NCBI GenBank assembly: GCA_031430855.1
Contig: JANPCG010000003.1
Location: 1-47,759, forward strand
DNA from: Candidatus Kaiserbacteria bacterium
GTDB lineage: Bacteria; Patescibacteriota; Minisyncoccia; Phycocordibacterales; UBA918
Length of the DNA: 47,759 bases
Direction: 5' to 3'
The notes under the pieces were generated by a model, which worked only from the letters and a program-made list of their open reading frames with translations, searched no databases and was not told the DNA's origin. The position numbers were made by a program, and so were the translations under genes. This document shows positions 39,497-47,538 of the stretch, in pieces. Every line of letters starts with the position of its first letter. Position 1 is the first letter of the stretch.

Positions 39497-41251
39497 TTAA
39501 ATCTTCTTAGTTCTAACTTCCTCTGTCAATTGTGGTGCAAGATTTTCGAGTTCAATCGTAGCCGAAGTCCCATCACGACTCTCAAGTGTTACAGTCTTGG
39601 CTTCGACTTCTTTGTCACCAATGACGATGAAGTAGGGGAGTCGGTCAGTCTTCGCCTTACGAATTTTCTTACCCATGGATTCGTTGTCGTCATCAAGGGA
39701 GGCACGCAGGCCGGCTGTTTTTAGAATTGTTACGACACCTGCTGCATATTCGTTGTGTGTCTCCATTACCGGGATGACGCGTACTTGTTCGGGCGCGAGC
39801 CAGAGCGGGAAGTTTCCACCGACGTGTTCAATCAAAACAGCTAGAAATCGTTCAAGTGATCCCGCAATCGCTGCGTGAATCATGACAATCGGTTCCTTCT
39901 CGCCTTTTTCGTTGGTGCAGAAAAGATTAAACCGACCTGGCATCAAGCGATCGAGTTGAATCGTCGCAACCTGGTGTGTACGTCCAATCGAATCCTTTGC
40001 CATAAAGTCGAGCTTAGGCGCATAAAACGCCGCCTCACCCACCCCTTCGAAATAGTCCGCTTCACGGTCCATAGCAATTTGCTTCATGAGGCCCTCAGTT
40101 TCTTCCCAGATACTTGGTTCACCTAGGTATTTTTCTTTGTTGGCGGGATCATGAAATGAAAGTCGTACTCGTAACTTAAAGTTAAAGGCTCCATAAAATT
40201 CGTTCACAATGTCCCAGATTTTTTCTATTTCATCACGTAGTTGTGATTCGCGACAGAACACATGCGCATCATCTTGGGTGATGGAGAGTACTCGCGTTAG
40301 ACCGTTTAACTCTCCAGACTGTTCGGCTCGGTACACCATGGTTGTTTCAGCATACCTTTGTGGGAGGTCTCGGTATGACCGTGGTACGGCGTCATAAATT
40401 TGGGTATGATGCGGACAATTCATTGGTTTGAGAACGTACATCTCATGTTCGTCACCTTCCTTGGCGCTTACTTTAAATAAATCCTCACTGTATTTATTCC
40501 AGTGTCCTGACGTTTCGTACAGTGATTTTTTGGCAATATGCGGAATGGTTACGTGTTCATACCCACGAGCATCTCGGAGTTCTTGCACAAAGTCGTCGAG
40601 TCGTTGTCGTAACGCTGTCCCTTTCGGAGACCAGAGAGGGAGTCCGGCTCCGACTAATTCAGAGAACGAAAATAGCCCCATCTCTTTACCGAGTTTTCGA
40701 TGGTCGCGTTTTTTGGCCTCTTCAATCATTTTCAGATACTCATCGAGTTCACCTGCGGTATCAAACGCTAAACCATACACGCGGGTGAGCATGGGGTTTT
40801 TCTCATCACCGCGCCAATATGCACCGGCTACCTTATCGAGCTTAAAGGCATCAGTATCAAGTTCTTTGTTTGGGTGCTCACAGTGTCCACCGCGACAGAG
40901 ATCGGTAAAATCTCCACAGGTATAGAGGGTAATGGTTTCGCCTCGTTCAGCGATTTCATTAACGAGTTCGAGTTTGTACGGATTTGAGGCATAGAGAGTG
41001 CGCGCCTCATCGACACTCACTTCACGATGTGAAAATTCATTCCATGAGTTCAAGATTTTCTTCATCGACTTCTGGATGTCCTTGAGGCCATCGTCACCAA
41101 GCGCTGGTCCACCAGAAAAATCAAAGTCATAGTAAAACCCATTATCAATTGCCGGACCAAGCGTCAGTTTGGCGTGTGGGTAATTCTGCAACACTGCTGC
41201 TCCCAGCAAATGCGCTAAGGTGTGCCGTTTATTTTGTAATGAATTTTCCAT
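39497..41251 (-). CDS. thrS: Threonine-tRNA ligase (no N-terminal TGS domain)
   Basis: RHTLAH, DLCRGGH, GAYWRGD, RDHRKLG, KPMNCP, QDDAH, GSLERF; ATG 41251. Confidence 0.97.
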   Translation of the reverse strand: MENSLQNKRHTLAHLLGAAVLQNYPHAKLTLGPAIDNGFYYDFDFSGGPALGDDGLKDIQKSMKKILNSWNEFSHREVSVDEARTLYASNPYKLELVNEIAERGETITLYTCGDFTDLCRGGHCEHPNKELDTDAFKLDKVAGAYWRGDEKNPMLTRVYGLAFDTAGELDEYLKMIEEAKKRDHRKLGKEMGLFSFSELVGAGLPLWSPKGTALRQRLDDFVQELRDARGYEHVTIPHIAKKSLYETSGHWNKYSEDLFKVSAKEGDEHEMYVLKPMNCPHHTQIYDAVPRSYRDLPQRYAETTMVYRAEQSGELNGLTRVLSITQDDAHVFCRESQLRDEIEKIWDIVNEFYGAFNFKLRVRLSFHDPANKEKYLGEPSIWEETEGLMKQIAMDREADYFEGVGEAAFYAPKLDFMAKDSIGRTHQVATIQLDRLMPGRFNLFCTNEKGEKEPIVMIHAAIAGSLERFLAVLIEHVGGNFPLWLAPEQVRVIPVMETHNEYAAGVVTILKTAGLRASLDDDNESMGKKIRKAKTDRLPYFIVIGDKEVEAKTVTLESRDGTSATIELENLAPQLTEEVRTKKI

Positions 41252-41259
41252 ATAGGAGG

Positions 41260-41379
41260 AAACGTGCACAATCAACGCATTACTTCGTTATGGAGCCTCT
41301 AAGATTTATTCACCGTATAGGGCATACGACTCACAAATCTTTTCTCCATGCCTCGTACTGCATTTGATTCTGAACGTTT
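41260..41379 (-). repeat. Dispersed structured element, copy 4 (inside the thrS 5' leader)
   Basis: TTACTTCGTT..TCACCGTAT-agggc-ATACGACTC..GCCTCGTACTG; outer IR aaacgt..aatcaa/ttgatt..acgttt. Confidence 0.8.
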
Positions 41380-41397
41380 AGTTGGTAGTTACCTTAA

Positions 41398-41610
41398 TAA
41401 TAAAAATCGCCCAAGCGACTACACGAAAAGTTCGTGTGTTCGCTCGGACGATTGAGGGCAAGAAATACTTGTCTCTAACGCGGTTCCACCGGGCTTCGTA
41501 GCAGTATGCCGCTACGCTCTTTGTTTTGATTCAGATTAGGTATTTGCACGCTCCCTAGGCCTTGCCTAGGGAGCGTTAATGGTTGGTAGCCACCCTAATT
41601 TCTGAAACCT
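41398..41610 (-). promoter_or_regulatory. T-box riboswitch leader of thrS
   Basis: T-box GGTGGAACCGCG at 41490-41479; antiterminator partner CGTCCG; terminator stem 41453-41405 plus T-tract; Stem III-like hairpin; upstream TTGACG..TGATAGGAT promoter (~41639-41612). Confidence 0.8.
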
Positions 41611-41658
41611 TATCCTATCACGCTGCTTTATGTCGTCAATAATCTAGCTGTAATAGAT

Positions 41659-41688
41659 ACCGCGCCCAGTGGATATTCTGGGCGCGGT
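41659..41688 (-). terminator. GC-rich hairpin after ORF 41703..42134
   Basis: accgcgcccag/ctgggcgcggt. Confidence 0.6.
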
Positions 41689-41702
41689 GTCAGTGTTGAC
41701 GC

Positions 41703-42134
41703 TTAGCGGCGTAGTTCTTGGTGGTGGTCGGAGATGAGGTGGTGCCAAGCCGAGAGGAGGGTCTGAGCCTCGTGAATGAGCGCTCGATTTCCTGGCTCGA
41801 CGATGACACGCTCAAGCATGGCCACGTTCGGTTCGAGCCACTGCTGCCAGTCTTCCCACATCACGGCTGCTACTTGGGTAATAGTGACCCTCTCACCCAT
41901 GTACCATGCTAACTGATAGGTCCAGTGGGCATAGCTGAAGCGATTCCGCTGCCCCTCTTCGGCGAGAAGTGACTTGAGAAATTGAAGGGCGAAATGAAAC
42001 TGTTGCGTCACCTTGCTGTGGAGTACCAATTCCGCGTTGGCTTCCATCAAGTCAGTAGTACATTCATGGGTAGTTCGTCCAAAAAAGAGATTGAACGCCG
42101 GGGTCACATCGATCTCGTCACTTATGAAGTTCAT
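41703..42134 (-). CDS. Hypothetical protein
   Basis: 143-aa ORF; SD GAGGAG 6 nt before ATG; downstream hairpin. Confidence 0.6.
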   Translation of the reverse strand: MNFISDEIDVTPAFNLFFGRTTHECTTDLMEANAELVLHSKVTQQFHFALQFLKSLLAEEGQRNRFSYAHWTYQLAWYMGERVTITQVAAVMWEDWQQWLEPNVAMLERVIVEPGNRALIHEAQTLLSAWHHLISDHHQELRR

Positions 42135-42298
42135 TTTACTCTCCTCATTCTAAAAGGTGCGGGGCGCGTTACAGCGCATGTCTGCGTTTCACTATGCGCC
42201 CAGCTCAATCAAAAATCAAGTAGTATCTCCAGATTCATATTCAAGTATTGTTATGTATGTCTGAAATTATACAAATGCATCGTCATTTGATAGTAATC

Positions 42299-45200
42299 TT
42301 ATGCCGCAAGTGCCTTTACCCGTTCGATAGCGATACTTGGTTCATCATTCCTGATGGTGAGTTTCCCTTTAATGGCGAGACAGGTCCCCGTCACAAATAA
42401 ATCTTTTTGCGCTGCGTACGTTTCAGGGAATGCGACCATTTCAATCGTGTCTTTGAGGTCTGCTAACACAAGGAAGGCCATCTTGTCACCCTTCTTGGTA
42501 ATGAGCTCACGCACACCAGTAATCATTCCGGCAGTAACGAGTGTGCCTTTCATTTGTACAACCGCCATTTCATTTTTGTCATTAACGGCTTGTTTGATGG
42601 CCGATACCGCCGTTCGTTTGGCGAGTTCCTCCTTGAATTCATTCAAGGGGTGACCCGACACGTACACACCAAGCAGGTCTTTCTCCCAGATTAATTTCTG
42701 TGCGGTAGTGGCGTCCTCTGCCTGTTCGAGGGTAAGGTCACTCACGCTACTGCCGCCACCAAAACTAAAGAGGGAATCTTGCGCTGATTCAGCACTCGCA
42801 ATTTGCTCCCGGTTAAATGCCAGCATACGATCAACATTTGCCAAGAGGTAGCCTCGAACCCCAAACGCATCAAAGGCGCCTACCATAATTAAGGCCTCAA
42901 GAGATTTTTTATTCAGGTTACGATTTTTAATGCGCATCAAAAAATCTTGCAGAGAAATAAATTTACCATTGGTTTTTCGTTCCGTTGTTATGGCTTCAGA
43001 GATTCCTTCCCCAAAGTTTTTAATCGTCGTCAGTCCAAAGCGAATCGTTTGTTTTCCGGGCACTACCGAGAAGTCAGAAAATGATTCATTGATATCAGGA
43101 GGTAATACTTCGATCCCCATGCGTTCACACTCATGGATAATTTCGTAGATTTTCTCAACATCGCCGGCGTCGGCAGTCAGTACGGCCGACATATATTCGA
43201 CCGGATAATTCGCCTTCATGTAGGCCGTTTGGTAGGCAACGCGGCCATAGGACGCCGCGTGAGCTTTGTTAAATCCGTAGGCAGCAAACGGCTCAATCAG
43301 TTTCCAGATTTTCTCCCCCAGGCCCGGTTTAAGTTTTCCAAAATTAGCAAACCCTGAGAGGAGTTTGTCTTTCTCGGCTTCCATCACCTCGGGAATTTTC
43401 TTTCCCATCGCTTTACGCAACATGTCAGCTTCAAGCCAGCTGTAGCCTGCCAGTTCACGCGCAATGGTCATAACGTCGTCCTGGTAGGTAATCACTCCGT
43501 AGGAACGGTCAAGGATTGAGGCCATCCGGGGGTCGAGGTACGTCACCAAACTCGGATTGTGTTTACGTTCAATATACTGCGGAATTGATTCCATTGGACC
43601 GGGACGGTAGAGGGCAACCATCGCGTTAATATCGTGAATACTGCTTGGTTTCAGTTGTTTTAAAAACGACGTCATACCTGAACCGTTTAACTGAAACAGT
43701 CCCATCGTTTGCCCGGCAGCGAGGATGGCAAAGGTTTTGGGGTCATCAAGTGGAATATTTTCGATATCAATGACTTCGTCACGGATTTTTTTTACGCGCT
43801 TTACGGCATCAGCCAAAATAGAGAGGTTCTTGATACCAAGGAAGTCAAACTTCAAAAGTCCTACCCCATCTTCACCGACTGATTTCATTTCGTACTGCGT
43901 CACGAATTTACCGGTCTTAGGGTCAGGTTGAATGGGTACAAACTGAGAGAGGGGAGCGGGTGCAATCACTACCCCAGCCGCGTGTACACCCAAGTGACGG
44001 ACACGACCTTCAATTTGTTTCGCTAAGTCCAAAACCTCACGTGACTCACTGTCGCTTTTATATAATTTTGCTAAATCAGGCTCAATCTCGAGGGCCTTTT
44101 TGATCGTCATCGGAAACCCCTGGCTTCCCATCGGGATCATTTTAGCGAGCCTGTCTCCAACAGAGTAGGGGTGCCCAAGAGCGCGCGCTACGTCACGGAC
44201 GGCAGCGCGCGCCATCATGGTTCCAAAGGTTCCAATCTGCGCTACCTTATCTGCGCCGTATTTGGTTTTCGCGTACTCAATAATTTCATCACGCCGATTA
44301 TCAGCATAGTCCATATCGATATCAGGTGCCGACGGACGCTCGGGGTTAAGGAATCGTTCAAACGGCAGTTTGTATTCGAGTGGATCTACATTCGTAATCC
44401 CGAGCACGTAGGTGGTGAGCGAACCGGCCACTGATCCTCGAATGGTAGTCAAAATTCCGCGCTCACGTGATTCTCGCAACAGGTCACCTACCACCAAAAA
44501 GTACTTGGCGTAACCTTTGTTTTTAATTACCTCAAGCTCATAATCTAAACGTTTTTTAACTTCAGGGTTCTCGAGTGAGAGTCCACGCCAGGCAACGCCT
44601 TCATAGGCGGTGACTTGAAGTTCATGGTCAGGTTCGCGACCAGATTCAATAATGTAGTTAGGGAAGTACCAGTGGGTCCCAATCTCAATTTCCACATTAC
44701 ACGCATTTGCTATCTTGATGGTATTTTCAATTGCGTCAGGTGTCGCAGCAAATTTATCAATCGCGTTGGCTTGGGTGATAAAACTAAAATCTTCCTCACT
44801 GCCTTGGTCTCCCGTGAGGTCGACCACGCCACCGGTTTGAATCTTTACCATCGTCTCACGCGCGACACGGTCTTCCGGCTTGAGGTAATACACGTCGTGA
44901 GCCGCGACCAGCTGTGTGTTTGTTTCGCGGGCCAGTTTAATCAGTCTGTCCTGATTCACTTCGTGGTCAGGTATTTCTGGATGGTGGGTAATTTCGAGAT
45001 AACAGTCATCCTGAAATACACGTTTGTACCAATCGAGTCGTTCGGCCGCCTGAGCTGGATCTTCATTTTTGAGTGATTGAGCAACTTCACCCGCAAACGA
45101 CGGAATAATACAGATGAGATCTTTCGCGTATTTCTCAATCAACTCATGGTCAATTCGCGGACGATAGTAGAAGCCTTCAATGTTTGAATCAGTGACTAGT

Positions 45201-45532
45201 CCAATTAGGTTTTGATAGCCGGCAAAGGTTTTAGCAAGGAGTACTAAACGGGCGCGCGGTTTATCAATCTGAGCTTCTTTGTCGTGACGGGTACGGGGAG
45301 CCATGTAGGCATCAATACCAATAATTGGTTTTATTTTTTCCTTGGTACACGCCTTATAGAAATCAATGGCACCGTAGAGGGCACCGGCATCAGTAATTGC
45401 TAACGCTTCTTGGCCATCGGCTTTGGCGGTAGCGGCGAGTTCTTTCGGAGTCGGAATGGCACCAAGGAGGGTATAGTGCGAGTGAACATGGAGATGGACA
45501 AATCGTGAGGCAATCGGCGTTGTTTCAGACAT
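42299..45532 (-). CDS. dnaE: DNA polymerase III alpha subunit
   Basis: PHP HLHVHS, RGSVAGS, PDIDMD, KFDFLG, YGFNKAH, C-terminal OB fold. Confidence 0.97.
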   Translation of the reverse strand: MSETTPIASRFVHLHVHSHYTLLGAIPTPKELAATAKADGQEALAITDAGALYGAIDFYKACTKEKIKPIIGIDAYMAPRTRHDKEAQIDKPRARLVLLAKTFAGYQNLIGLVTDSNIEGFYYRPRIDHELIEKYAKDLICIIPSFAGEVAQSLKNEDPAQAAERLDWYKRVFQDDCYLEITHHPEIPDHEVNQDRLIKLARETNTQLVAAHDVYYLKPEDRVARETMVKIQTGGVVDLTGDQGSEEDFSFITQANAIDKFAATPDAIENTIKIANACNVEIEIGTHWYFPNYIIESGREPDHELQVTAYEGVAWRGLSLENPEVKKRLDYELEVIKNKGYAKYFLVVGDLLRESRERGILTTIRGSVAGSLTTYVLGITNVDPLEYKLPFERFLNPERPSAPDIDMDYADNRRDEIIEYAKTKYGADKVAQIGTFGTMMARAAVRDVARALGHPYSVGDRLAKMIPMGSQGFPMTIKKALEIEPDLAKLYKSDSESREVLDLAKQIEGRVRHLGVHAAGVVIAPAPLSQFVPIQPDPKTGKFVTQYEMKSVGEDGVGLLKFDFLGIKNLSILADAVKRVKKIRDEVIDIENIPLDDPKTFAILAAGQTMGLFQLNGSGMTSFLKQLKPSSIHDINAMVALYRPGPMESIPQYIERKHNPSLVTYLDPRMASILDRSYGVITYQDDVMTIARELAGYSWLEADMLRKAMGKKIPEVMEAEKDKLLSGFANFGKLKPGLGEKIWKLIEPFAAYGFNKAHAASYGRVAYQTAYMKANYPVEYMSAVLTADAGDVEKIYEIIHECERMGIEVLPPDINESFSDFSVVPGKQTIRFGLTTIKNFGEGISEAITTERKTNGKFISLQDFLMRIKNRNLNKKSLEALIMVGAFDAFGVRGYLLANVDRMLAFNREQIASAESAQDSLFSFGGGSSVSDLTLEQAEDATTAQKLIWEKDLLGVYVSGHPLNEFKEELAKRTAVSAIKQAVNDKNEMAVVQMKGTLVTAGMITGVRELITKKGDKMAFLVLADLKDTIEMVAFPETYAAQKDLFVTGTCLAIKGKLTIRNDEPSIAIERVKALAA

Positions 45533-45538
45533 GGTGAC

Positions 45539-45564
45539 AGTATAGCAAAAAACCTTGGTATAGT
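45539..45564. promoter_or_regulatory. Divergent extended -10 pair (dnaE and original rnhB start)
   Basis: Minus strand: TGCTATACT-GTCACC-ATG (dnaE). Plus strand: TGGTATAGT-TATCTAC-ATG (45572). Confidence 0.6.
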
Positions 45565-45571
45565 TATCTAC

Positions 45572-45658
45572 ATGAAAAAGTGGGTAATTGGTATAGACGA
45601 AGCTGGTGAGAAAGCCTGGGTGAAAAATGTTGGGAGCATTTTACAAGAGGTTGCCTAG
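45572..45658 (+). pseudogene. Orphaned duplicate of the rnhB N-terminus (MKKWVIGIDEAG + 16 unrelated codons)
   Basis: 18-bp exact repeat ggtatagacgaagctggt at 45590-45607 and 45829-45846. Confidence 0.7.
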
Positions 45659-45800
45659 TATTTCTTGAGTTTACGAAAGAAGTACCGACAACCTGTACTG
45701 TTCCTGTAAACAAGTTTTCTTTTACTGTATTCGCAACTTGTATAAGCAAGCTTCCACACTTGTTCATTTGTAAAAGTAAGGAAGGGGTCCAATCGCTAAT

Positions 45801-46523
45801 ATGAAAAATAAATCTAAATTTATTATAGGTATAGACGAAGCTGGTAGAGGTCCGCTTGCCGGGCCAGTCGCTATCGGTCTCGTTCTCGTGCCGGTTAATT
45901 TTGATTGGAATCTCATTCCAGGCGTGAATGATAGTAAGAAGCTGTCAGAAATGAAGCGGGAAGTTATCTATGAGAGAGCGCTCGAGTTGGCGAGAGTAGG
46001 GAAGTTACAGTATGTGGTAGAAATGCCAACCGCGAAAGCCATTGATAAAAAAGGGATCGCGGTAGTAATTAAAGGGGCAATAGCTAATGGTTTAACTAAG
46101 CTTTTGCACAGGCAAGACCTGTGTAAAAATTGTAAAAGTACGAGGTCCTGCCTCCTTCTTCAGAATAAGCTTGGAAATGAACAAACGCTCAAAAGTGGAA
46201 GTAAGAGGCAGGACCTCCTACTTGACCCTGGTTCAGTCATGGTGAAATTAGATGGGGGACTGAAGGCCCCGTCAGAGTGGATACATCAGGAAACAATTAT
46301 TAAGGGAGACGCGAAGGAAAGGGTGATTGGGCTCGCCTCAATTATGGCTAAGGTGACGCGTGATCGGTATATGGAGAAATTAGCCCGCAAGCCACAGTAT
46401 GCACAGTACAATTTTGCGCAGCATAAAGGGTATGGCACTCTTGCACACCGCACCGCTATAAGTGAGTACGGCCTTTCAAGAGAACATCGGGCGAGTTTTT
46501 GTAAAAACATCAGCTTTCAATAA
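45801..46523 (+). CDS. rnhB: Ribonuclease HII with internal insertion
   Basis: GIDEAGRGPLAGP, DSKKLS, KGD, ASIMAKVTRD, HKGYGT, HRASF. Confidence 0.94.
   Translation: MKNKSKFIIGIDEAGRGPLAGPVAIGLVLVPVNFDWNLIPGVNDSKKLSEMKREVIYERALELARVGKLQYVVEMPTAKAIDKKGIAVVIKGAIANGLTKLLHRQDLCKNCKSTRSCLLLQNKLGNEQTLKSGSKRQDLLLDPGSVMVKLDGGLKAPSEWIHQETIIKGDAKERVIGLASIMAKVTRDRYMEKLARKPQYAQYNFAQHKGYGTLAHRTAISEYGLSREHRASFCKNISFQ
46102..46223. repeat. Three REP-like AGG-N5-CCT palindromes, in frame inside rnhB
   Basis: ttttgcacagg-caaga-cctgtgtaaaa (46102-46128); 19-bp IR 46136-46154/46205-46223 with one mismatch. Confidence 0.7.
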
Positions 46524-46642
46524 AAAATTCAGCTATACACAACCGGACAAGAAAGAGTTGTATTACAGATATATTTGTTGTATAATATTGAGCTGAGTCA
46601 GAGGGGCTCTGCCGCACAAGCGGATGATCTACGAGGGACAAT

Positions 46643-46924
46643 ATGGTACGCACACTGAGAGATTATTTGTGCACTGGCTGTCGGGCTGCAAAAGACCGCC
46701 AGCAAGAAAACGGTGTTACCACCGTTCTGTGCAAGGCTGCAGGACGTCGAATCGATGCAATTCCGCATCATGAAGGAATGCGTTTTGAGGATTGCCTCCA
46801 CCGACAAAATCCAGTCCCAGTCCCAGTGGTGTTGGGTAGAGTGGATGACTTGGTCCGGCTCGCACAAATTGCACGGACTATTGGTACTGCAGACCCAAAA
46901 GTGTTGAAGAACTACGAATTCTAG
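46643..46924 (+). CDS. Small hypothetical Cys-containing protein
   Basis: 93 aa, CTGC motif; GAGGGA before ATG; TGTATAAT upstream; terminator downstream. Confidence 0.5.
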   Translation: MVRTLRDYLCTGCRAAKDRQQENGVTTVLCKAAGRRIDAIPHHEGMRFEDCLHRQNPVPVPVVLGRVDDLVRLAQIARTIGTADPKVLKNYEF

Positions 46925-46954
46925 TCGGATTCTTTAACTCCCAGTGGTTACAGG

Positions 46955-46986
46955 AAGGCGGGGAGTTTTATACCCCCGCCTTTTAT
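46955..46986 (+). terminator. Intrinsic terminator
   Basis: aaggcgggg..ccccgcctt followed by tt. Confidence 0.7.
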
Positions 46987-47070
46987 CTTATCTGGAAGTC
47001 TGGTAGCTCGTTTTACAAAACCGTCGTCTTTCCTTGCAAATTTACCCATATCTGATATAGTTGCCGCACT

Positions 47071-47454
47071 ATGGTAATTCGAATGCGACATACGCGGGCA
47101 CATACCCGCAACCGCCGTTCTCATCACGCGCTCAAAGAGGTATCTCTTGCTGTGTGTTCAAATTGTAAGGCGTCGGTACGACCTCATCATATGTGTCTTG
47201 CATGTGGTTTTTATAATGGACGACAGGTTATTGATCTCTCTACACAGAGCGCAAAACGCGCTGAACGTATCCGTGCCAAAAAGGAGCGCGTACGTGCCGA
47301 GTCAGGAAGCAAGGTAGCTCCAACACCAGAAAATAGTCATGAGCATATAAAGGATACTGATCCAACCCCCGACAAGTCACAAACTACAAAACGAGGTGGC
47401 CGCTCAGTCGGTAAAGGGGTTTCTTCTAAAAAGGAGAAACAGGAATCGTCCTAA
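47071..47454 (+). CDS. rpmF: 50S ribosomal protein L32 with long C-terminal extension
   Basis: RNRRSHHAL..CSNC..PHHMCLACGFYNGRQV; precedes nusB. Confidence 0.93.
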   Translation: MVIRMRHTRAHTRNRRSHHALKEVSLAVCSNCKASVRPHHMCLACGFYNGRQVIDLSTQSAKRAERIRAKKERVRAESGSKVAPTPENSHEHIKDTDPTPDKSQTTKRGGRSVGKGVSSKKEKQESS

Positions 47455-47473
47455 TTTCAAAAAAGCTGAATCC

Positions 47474-47503
47474 ACAAAAAAGCCTGTACAAGGGCTTTTT
47501 TGT
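47474..47503 (+). terminator. Intrinsic terminator
   Basis: acaaaaaagcc..ggcttttttgt. Confidence 0.7.
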
Positions 47504-47538
47504 TGTACCTCTATGCTACACTGCTAGGTAGTTTCATT

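Noticed and set aside
45564-45767. 67-aa minus-strand ORF in the rnhB insert
   Set aside because: No SD or recognisable motif, and it runs into the divergent promoter region.
45608-45828. Group I/II intron in rnhB
   Set aside because: Too short, no recognisable catalytic core, and an intact rnhB ORF exists downstream without splicing.
46925-46990. SRP RNA suggested by caggaagg
   Set aside because: No helix-8 GNRA/AGCAG architecture; it is explained as a terminator hairpin.
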